Assembly: GCA_963514005.1 (NCBI GenBank)
Contig: OY740808.1
Location: 24,056,001 to 24,120,000, forward strand
From: Raja brachyura
Lineage: Eukaryota
Direction of reading: 5' to 3'
Length of the DNA: 64,000 nt
Of the stretch, positions 1 through 64,000 are shown piece after piece. The position numbers were made by a program, and so were the translations under genes. The notes below the pieces were generated by a model. It made no database searches. It was not told where the DNA came from and worked only from the letters and a program-made list of their open reading frames with translations. The stretch's first letter is position 1; the number at the start of each line of letters is the position of its first letter.

Positions 1-660
1 AAGCTTTTGCATTTCATTTGAATTCTGATTCTACATTGCATATGCACATCCAATACAAAACTAGTGATAAAACATCCCTACTCTTGACTAAGGAACAATG
101 TTAAAATTTAATATACATACTTATTTTTTTGTATTACAGTATAAATGTATTTGCATTTTCTAAAGTATTTACAAAATAGATTCACGAATGTTTCAGAAAT
201 TGCAGATATTTAATCAGTTCCTTTGTTAAACATTGTAATATAATTTCTTAATTATACCAGTAAGGAGAATTTATACAGAATCAGACCCTAGGTTATGCAA
301 AAGATCCTTAATTTTAAATTTAGAATATCATAATCCTGTGAATAAGCCAAAGCAGTCTTATCTATGATTCTTAGCTACAGTAATCAGTTTCATGCACCCC
401 AAGGAGCAAGAATAATCACTGCCTCCATTTTACCTTTCACACGATGATCTATCACAATTTTTAGTGCATTTATCCCATGGGAAGATTAGAATCAAAAAAG
501 ACTCACCAGACTGCCCATCTCAAAAGCATATAAAAGGCTGAAAGGAATTTTATACCAAGGAATTGATTTTCACAGTGTGAACATGATCCTTCTGCCTTTA
601 AATCCATCTCCCAAAAGATAATGTACATACTGTTGGATCTCCCATGGTGTTGCTAACCTC

Positions 661-785
661 CCTTTCGGGCCGAAAACCTTCTTCAGACTGAAGAAGGGTT
701 TCGGCCCAAAACGTTGCCTATTTCCTTCGCTCCATAGATGCTGCTGCACCCGCTGACTTTCTCCAGCACTTTTGTCTACCTTCTT
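661..785. mobile_element. Short Penelope-derived repeat with back-to-back hammerhead-like cores
   Basis: Palindrome TTTCGGGCCGAAAACCTTCTTCAG-A-CTGAAGAAGGGTTTCGGCCCAAAA, followed by the family tail GATGCTGC..CCCGCTGA..TTCTCCAGCA. Confidence 0.7.
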
Positions 786-1204
786 AATTGGAAAAGCTCT
801 GTGTGTGCTATTTAGGTGACTTTCCCTTGTCCAAAACATGCGAAGATACAATTCCACAGCTACCAAAACTCAAGTCATCATTCCTCGCATTCAAAACTTT
901 GCAAATAATTATTGGCTGTCTGTTAGGCAGCAAAAGCCATCACCAGCAGCCCTGATCTCAGCTGGCATGCGCACAGATTAATGACAGACCTGGTAATCAA
1001 TTAAAGATGGCAAACCCACCTCATAATTTTCCATCCTTGTTTGGAAAAAAAAGGCACAAAACTTTGTGTGTCCGCCATGACACTGCCAAGAACCTAACTT
1101 GCCGAAGAGTGTCATATATATGGCAGTGCCATATTTTCTGTATGCTCAATATCATCAGATGCAATGGGAAACAATGATAGTTCTTGACTTGTAGACATAA
1201 AATT

Positions 1205-1497
1205 GGGGTGGCACAGTGGCATAGAGCTGCTGCCTTACAGCGCCAGAGACCCGGGTTCGATCCTGACTATGGGTAAAGTCTATACGAAGTTTGTACATTC
1301 TCCCTTTGACTGTGTGGGCTTTCTCCAGGTGCTCCGGCTTCCAACACTCAAAAATCGTAGGTTAATTAGGTTTGGTAAAAATAGTAAATTACCCCTTGTG
1401 TGTAGGATAGTGTTTGTGTATGGGGCGATCAGCCTGGATGGTGCTGGCTGGTGTGGACTCAGGGGCTAGCGGGCCTATTTCCACACTATCTCTAAAG
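1205..1497 (+). mobile_element. tRNA-derived V-SINE (HE1-like)
   Basis: A-box-like TGGCACAGTGG, B-box GGTTCGATCC, V-domain GTTTGTACATTCTCCC...TTCTCCAGGTGCTCCGG, LINE-like tail. Several copies in the window. Confidence 0.8.
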
Positions 1498-1913
1498 TCT
1501 AAAATATTACTTTACAAGCTTATGAATTTTCTGAATTAAGTCGCAAAATATTGTTACATAAGCAACTGTACAATGACTTCATGACTCTTTGCCAAGTTTC
1601 CAATTTTAGTCTGCAAGTTCCAAGCTTCTTGAGCAGAGAAATACTTTCTATATCCATAACTGGAAAGGATGCGACAGGTTACCAATTCAAGAACCGGCTC
1701 AGTTTCACAAGCACTACATCATAACGATCATTCTCAGAAATGACTTTAACAAAATCCAAGAACTTCATTTACAGTGTAGCCTTTTCCCCAGGCGATGTCA
1801 ACTTCAGTTAAGCATGAATGGGTGCCAGCAGGCTTCTGGTACTTCATCAAACAGTCACCGTCCATGCAAGAGCCCAGATGATAAATTACTATAGAGTGTG
1901 GAATTGAACCATA

Positions 1914-2159
1914 NNNNNNNNNNNNNNNNNNNNNNNNNNNNNNNNNNNNNNNNNNNNNNNNNNNNNNNNNNNNNNNNNNNNNNNNNNNNNNNNNNNNNNN
2001 NNNNNNNNNNNNNNNNNNNNNNNNNNNNNNNNNNNNNNNNNNNNNNNNNNNNNNNNNNNNNNNNNNNNNNNNNNNNNNNNNNNNNNNNNNNNNNNNNNNN
2101 NNNNNNNNNNNNNNNNNNNNNNNNNNNNNNNNNNNNNNNNNNNNNNNNNNNNNNNNNNN
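1914..2159. other. Assembly gap (246 N)
   Basis: Run of N bases. Confidence 1.
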
Positions 2160-3200
2160 ATTTATCTATCTGAAAAGCGGTCTAAAGTGGGGATCAGAGC
2201 AGTGTATGCAACACTGACACATAACTTCTGATATTAAGTGAAATACAACAGATTTGGGATGAAAATGTAAACCGTTTCCTTACAGCAAATATATGTTTTG
2301 TTAAATGAGGATACCAAATGAGCACACAATACTCTCGGTGTGGTCTGAACTTGCATATATATAGTAAGGAAGGATGTGATAGCGTTACGGAGAGCGGCTG
2401 TAGATTAGATTTACAAAAATATCAAGAGAATCTTAGTTCCACGGAAATAGTGGGCTTGTTTTCATTTAAACATAAGGAGGCCGACAAAAGATTTAATCGA
2501 GTTGCACAACACTGCTATCTCTGCACTGAATTATTAAGAGAGATCTATTTCTAATAGCAAAGAGGCCAATAATCAGGGGTCACAAAATTTGAAGTAATTT
2601 GCAGAAGTAATGAGTGGGCAATGGCCAGCCAGACTTGGTGGGCTTTCATGCTCTACAACTCTATAATTGAATACAGTGTAGTTGAATAAGTGTTTTCTTC
2701 ACACAATAAAAGGAGAGCTATGGAGGAATTCCTCAATGTATTTAAACAGTATTTGTATGAGCACTTGAAGTCAGAGCCTCAAAATTATGAGCATCAGAAA
2801 TAGATAGGATGAATGAACAGAGTATTTTACCCAAATTGAGGAATAAAGTACCAGAAGATGTGTTTAAGGTGAAAGATTGAATAAGAACCTGAGGGGCAAC
2901 TTTTTCCACAGAGGGTGGTGAGTACATGGAATGAGCTGCAGCATAACAAAATATGAACATCATATATTAAGATCTTCGACAGATAATTTGTTGATCTCAG
3001 CTGGCCTGTCAATGGTTCACCGAATGTTCCCTTTATTTGATTAAAAACAATTATATTTTGCAAGCATTAATGACGTGCAAAAAAGTTCACTAATGTAGAC
3101 TTATACTAAGAAAAGGTTCAATGTTCGCTACAAAGCAATCTACGTCACCACTGATTGAGATGCTTGCTAATAGTCATAAAGTGTACAGAAAGACATCCTA

Positions 3201-58435
<55,235 letters not shown>

Positions 58436-59530
58436 TTTTGAGAGACCATTACTCTAAATCACCAATGCATCACCCAGGATTTTGTGAATCCAAATAACTT
58501 TCAGTCACTCTACTGCCCGTGTAAAAAGACACCATTTTTCTATAGGACTCTATTGCATATGACGTCATACATTTCCAAAGCCAGAAAACACCTTACGTCA
58601 CGCCTTTTTTCCCTATTATTAAATAAAGCATTTTCTGTGACCAACGTGCAAAATTAAAATCACACTAAATCCTCCCCATTTTTCCATGCTGTTGTAAATA
58701 AACCATATATTTTTCCCCTTCTCTCTCCACCTCCTCCCGTGCAAATTTGCATCAGAGGTTGGTTTGCGCGTCCCCACGGGACGGGAGAGAGCGCGCGCGC
58801 GCACCCACCCACGCTCTCAATGGGGCGCGCGCACGCACGCGGCTGACCTCGCTCGCTCGAGCCGCAGACGATGTATTTCCCGCCCTCTTCCCCACCGCGT
58901 CCGCACGGAATGAAAAGGCATCACCTGCAGACGGGACTCCCGGCTCTTTCGACCCGCCCGCATCCTTCTTCCCTTTCTCCAAGTCCAAGGAGCAGACATG
59001 GTACGGGAGAGATTGTTTCGCGCACGGTACATCCTCTTCGGGAGATTATGAGAGGAATAGATACCCTGTGTGATGCAGACCTGGATGTATGTGTTTACAT
59101 GCAACTGGTCGTGTGTGTTGTTGGTTTGTGGGTGCAATGACTCAATCAATTAAATGACACGGAAAATACTTTCCATTTTGGATAGCAACAAATAAATACA
59201 GACGTGTAGGTTGTATGTGTGAGACGGGGACAATGTTACTACATAACTGGTAAATCTTCGCATTCAATTCATACTACATTGTTTTGTAAGAATCCAAAGT
59301 TTTTCACTTCACCCTAAATATTCAATCTCAAATTGTTAAGTAATAATAAAACGATCTTGAGCAGGGCATACTGAGAATACTGAGAAGTGTATTTAAATAT
59401 ACTTATAATTAATTTATAATGATATTCTTGCTGTAAATTGTTATAAAAGTATCAATTATTGCTTTATTTAATAATAGGGGAAAAGCCGTGACGCAAGGTG
59501 TTTTCTGGCTTTGGAAATGTATGACGTAAA
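58436..59530 (-). promoter_or_regulatory. Putative KDM2 promoter / 5' region with CpG-island core
   Basis: Directly upstream of the ATG. GC/CpG-rich core ~58740-59050 with (GC)n runs. Full CRE TGACGTCA at 58560-58567, TTACGTCA at 58593-58600, octamer ATTTGCAT at 58745-58752. The TSS cannot be determined from sequence. Confidence 0.7.
58562..59527. repeat. Inverted repeat pair, ~69 bp arms (58562-58630 / 59460-59527), ~830 bp spacer
   Basis: ACGTCATACATTTCCAAAGCCAGAAAACACCTT is identical in reverse complement, with about 4 differences over the whole arm. Confidence 0.92.
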
Positions 59531-59890
59531 TATGTACATTTGTCTCCATGCCAAAACAAAAGCTGATTAATTTACCAGTCAAATAACAAAATTATGTCTG
59601 ACAGAGCTAGCAAATTCATCCTTTAGCACAGTTTCACTAAAGAAGGCCATTTACTAATATGAATATCTTTAAAATTCTGCAGGTTTCCATTATATAAAAT
59701 ATTCAGTCATAATAGATACCAATGAACAAAATGCTTAATTTCTTTAAAATAGAGTTTAACATGATTTTATACTCCATTTAGCTCACTTATTGCTTCACTA
59801 GGGGATGAAATTAAATGGAAAATATAGGATATTGATGTGGCAACACACATGCTATAGAAATGTTGTCAGCATATTTCTTCGAGGATTTGA

Positions 59891-60145
59891 GGGCAGTACA
59901 GTGTGCAACTGTTAGAGCTGTTACCTCACAGGGCCAGAGACCCGGGTTCAATCCTGACCTTGGATGCTGTTTGTATGGAGTTTGTATGTTCTCCCTATGA
60001 CCACCTGGGTTTCCTCCGGGTGCTTCAGTTACCTCCCACACCCCAAAGAAATGCAGCTTTGTAGGTTAATTGACCTCTGTAAATTGTTCCTAATGCGTTG
60101 GGATTGCAGAACAAAGTGGGATAACAGAACTAGTGTGAACGGGTC
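59891..60145 (+). mobile_element. V-SINE (HE1-like)
   Basis: GCCAGAGACCCGGGTTCAATCCTGACC...GGAGTTTGTATGTTCTCCC...GGGTTTCCTCCGGGTGCT. Confidence 0.8.
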
Positions 60146-60229
60146 CGGTTTCCTTCCTGTCAATCTAAACAAAATTTGGCATGGTCACAAGAATTTTCTC
60201 TCAGTTCAGGCACTACAGAAAGTATTGTG

Positions 60230-60760
60230 ATGAGAAGCATCTCAGCATGATATGGCAATTGCTCTGCTCTTGACTGCCTGAACATGCAGAGAGTGGTGAA
60301 CACAGCCAGTCCATCACAGACCCATCACTTCCTGCCATCCAGTCCATTCTTATGGTGCATTGCATTAGGAAGGCTGGAAATATTGCCAAAGAGCCTGTTA
60401 CCCTGGCCGTTCCCTTTTCTCTCCTATCTTCTGGAAGAAGATACAGGAGTTTGAAAGCTTGAACATCCAAAATAAAGAACAGCTTCCCTACTGCTATCAG
60501 ACTCCAGAACCAATCACTTTTATCACACTCCCTTCCCAGAAGTGATGCCACGTGCACTTACTCTCATCTCTGCTTTAATCGTTTATCCCAATATCAAACA
60601 TTAATATTTATTGTATTAAATTGCACAAAAATCTTGCACCATTCAGCTGGTTTGCTCTCATCATTGTATTTATGATCACTGTACACTGTTTACTCTATGA
60701 GCTTAATGTGAACAAGGAATTTCACTGAAATCTGATGTGTATGACAATAAACAAATCTGA
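60230..60760 (+). mobile_element. Rex1/Babar LINE 3' fragment
   Basis: CAGAGAGTGGTGAACACAGCC...TCTGGAAGAAGATACAGGAGTTTG...AACAGCTTC..TGCTATCAGACT, with tail TGACAATAAA. Confidence 0.7.
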
Positions 60761-62106
60761 CTTTATTTAAGTTTATTGGCTTTAGGGTAGTAATTTTGAC
60801 GGGATAGATCTATCAATTATTTATATCACTGCAAATCAGAATGGCAAATTGGAACATATTACCATGAAAGGCAATAGGGAAATAAAATGTAATAAAACTA
60901 CTTGACGGATGCGCACAGGTTCTTGAAGATCCATTCCATTCGCTGACAATATCATCCATTCTCCTGTTTATGTGCCAGTACATCCATTGTTGTTAATCAT
61001 AAGGTCAAGCCTGCAACCTACTATAAATCTGTAAAGTTTTCTCAACCTGATTGGACCATATATTCACTGACTATTGGGTGAGCCACAGCCTTCTTCAATT
61101 AGAATTACAATATTAAATGATTGTACAAAAAAAAATTAAGTATAAACAACATGTTCTCTCCCTCCATGCCTTATTTAATTCCCAAGAATAAATCTTAATA
61201 TTGGTAACCAATGATCATCTGATTTACTGTAATTAATTCAGCTGTGAAAGGAATGGCAACAACTTGAGGTATCTCTGTTGATAAATGACTGCAGTCATTT
61301 TAACTTTTCACAACAAAGTCCTCATTGAAAACAGCAAGTTATATTTCTGTAATCCTCAATTAATGTTACAGCCTGCAAACCTATGCACCTATTCTTAACA
61401 CGTCACTACTCTTTTCAGGATAAAAGTCCACTTATTTCATGTCACCGCCTGGACTGAAAATTCTGCCTCTCTCCAGCCATAAAATGTGAAGGCTGTGTGT
61501 GTTTTAATTAAGAACCCACGACTCTTGATGGATAATTTCATAGCATCAATTTACCTACTCAGTGATATATGTTATCCTTTTCTCCAATGTTATACATTTT
61601 ACAAACAATCCCTAGCTCCAAACAGACGTACCATTGGAAATGGTGGGTGACAATACATGTTTGTCCATCCTTCCACGATGAGTAAGACACCTATTTGATT
61701 GCGACTGTCACACTACCACAGTGCATTATGCAATCTAAAGGAATGTTAAACTTGTAATTATTTTCATTTTTCTGAATGCCAAACTGGATACCACAAAATG
61801 AATCAGTTGTTCTCAGTCTTTAAAGGATCTTCATGGCATGTGTTGAAGCACATTTTTTCCAAAACATAAAAATCTAAATTTTAAGATTAGGTCCTTTCCC
61901 AGATAGTGGTAAGATGTTTGTCGCAAGGGATGAACCTAGCTCTTCCATGTCCCACAATGCCCAATGTGAGGATGAGTTTGCTTATCCTAAACAGATCTTT
62001 AAACTAGTAAAATAAATTGGTTTCCAGAGAATAATAAACACAACTTCAGCAATACAAGCTTCCACTGGATTATTGCTGACACTTTAGTCCAGACATTATG
62101 AAACAA

Positions 62107-62385
62107 GGCACAATGGTGCAGTAGCAGAATTGCTGCCTTACATCGCCAGAGACCCAGGTTCGATCCTGACTACATGTGCCATCTGTACAGAATTTGTACA
62201 CTCTCACTGTGATCACATGGTTTTTCTCCAGTTTCCTCCCACATTCCTAATCCTGCAGGTTTATAAGTTAATTGCCTTCTGTAAATTGACCCTAGTGTGT
62301 AAGATAGAACTAGTGTAGGGTGATTGATGGTTGGCATGGACTCAATTGGCCGAAGTGCCAATTTCCACGCTGTATCTCTAAACTA
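62107..62385 (+). mobile_element. V-SINE (HE1-like)
   Basis: Homologous to 1205-1497 (TTGCTGCCTTACATCGCCAGAGACCCAGGTTCGATCCTGACTA). Confidence 0.8.
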
Positions 62386-63943
62386 AATCCTTATTAGAAA
62401 AAAAAGCACAGAAAAACTTCTCTAGCCAAGGTCTCTCAAAACATTTTGGCTGTTCCACATAAACATTTAAGAAGCATTTTCAATAACAGTGCATTCAGGA
62501 CCATATGTGACAAGGTTACTGGGGGAAAAAAGCAATCAGAATCCATGGCTTTAAACACAATGTGCAAAATCAAGGTTGTGTTATGGTTTACTTATTGGTT
62601 TATGCAATGTGAACATCAAAGAGAAGGCCACTGTATATTCCAAAGATAGACACAAAATGCTGGAGTAACTCAGCAGGTCAGGCAGCCATCTCTAGAGAAA
62701 AGGAAATGGGTGACTGTCCATCTACAAAATTTCCCAGAGCAGTTCGCCAACACATTTCAAAATATTGGTAGGCTTGGAGTAACACACAGGCCGTATCAGA
62801 ACTCCCCCGATATGATTTTAATAATAAAATGGAATTTCTGCGTCCACCTGAACAGGCAGATGCGACTTTCATTTAATATCTCAAGTAACATCTATGGAAG
62901 GGTATAGATCTTTTAGTGAGTGTGGATCTTTTAGTGAACTCTTCTGAATTATTTTGGGGGACAAATAACTGTTGGACCATTCACTTGGAATACTTCCATT
63001 GTCTTATTCAAAAGATTAAGCAGAGTGATTTCTGGATTGCCCAAGTTGAACCAAGTACCTAGATCCTGGCGTACTCACGATGCATGTCAAAAGGGCAAAA
63101 GTTGTTTGAGATGATGGAGAAGCAGCTGCTACTGCCTCAGCTGAGGATTAAGCTTCAACGTGGGGAGTAATAGACAGATTCAGCACCATCTGATGGTATG
63201 TCCATAAGGCAACTGAATAATGAATCAGTCCATGCTCAAACTTTGCACATCCGGGCAACAAATGTGTGTATGTGTCACAGTAATTGCGTATCTGTGTGTA
63301 TGTATCACAGTATGTGCACGTGAGTGTATGAACAATTTTTACTTTTCTCACTTTTTTGCTGTTTTTTTTAAAATCTTGTACATTTGAGCTCCGCTCAGGC
63401 AGTGCGCCTGAATTTGGTTGTATGCACCACTACAATGACAATAAAGTAATAAAGTTTAAAAAAAGTAAAGGGTCAGACTGAAACAAATTTCTGTTAGGTA
63501 CGGCTATCGAAAATACCACAGAGTTTTCTTCATGCTTGGTTTAAAGCTCTCCAGAAGTAGCCAATGATATATTTTGGCCTAATTGGCAAATTATGATTGA
63601 AGGATTTCATTGTAACTTCCATCAGATTGTTAGTAAATTAAATTGCCGGTTGATGTTTGAAAAAAAAGCAGATTTGGAAATCCAATGAAGCACCAATTCA
63701 GATTCCTTAAGAAAAACCCTGATAAACATTAGACCTATTTTGTTAACTGGTCCATTCCGTTAACAGACATTTACAGTACAATTAGAAAACTGTCACCAGT
63801 TGAACATCCATAGTTCCTGGAATTAAGAGCTTTAAGATGGGCTCAGAAGTCAAATCGTTATTGAGTTGGCCAGCTGAAAAAGAAAGGCTGAATGTTTCTG
63901 ATGTAGAAAGAAAATAATTTACAAGTTTAAAGCTGACCAATCG

Positions 63944-64000
63944 GGCAGCACAGTGGTACTGTTAGGAGAGCCTCACAGTGCCAAAGATCCTGTAGGTGCT
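63944..64000 (+). mobile_element. V-SINE 5' head (partial, at window edge)
   Basis: GGGCAGCACAGTGG...GCCTCACAGTGCCAAAGATCC. Confidence 0.5.

Noticed and set aside
1205-1270. tRNA-like A/B boxes (also at ~59891, 62107, 63944)
   Set aside because: These are SINE heads followed by a V-domain and LINE tail; no full cloverleaf.
1898-2173. 91-aa ORF
   Set aside because: Artifact of translating through the N gap.

Overview
Vertebrate genomic DNA, most likely a cartilaginous fish (skate/ray-like, inferred from HE1-type SINEs, HER1/CR1 LINEs and Penelope-derived repeats). It is not prokaryotic and has no CRISPR, rRNA or real tRNA genes. The only protein-coding gene I can support is the 5' part of a KDM2-family (JHDM1/FBXL10-11) JmjC histone H3K36 demethylase on the minus strand. 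Nine coding exons (58435 down to 3324; 948 nt, 316 codons) have GT-AG boundaries and consistent phases, and the Fe(II) ligands H209/D211/H281 are intact. The gene continues beyond the left edge. The protein mixes KDM2A-like and KDM2B-like positions and may be a third JmjC-bearing KDM2 paralog. The promoter lies in a ~6 kb CpG-retaining domain whose core is bracketed by a ~69 bp inverted duplication carrying CRE sites. The introns are filled with transposon relics: CR1, L2, Rex1, RTE, Penelope, Tc1, hAT-like, a Harbinger MITE, V-SINE and DeuSINE. Many short Penelope-derived repeats carry hammerhead-ribozyme core motifs, some arranged as palindromes. There is also a ~400 bp intronic inverted duplication and a young invertebrate-type LINE fragment. 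Repeat boundaries are approximate, and all family and orthologue comparisons are from memory, not from database searches.
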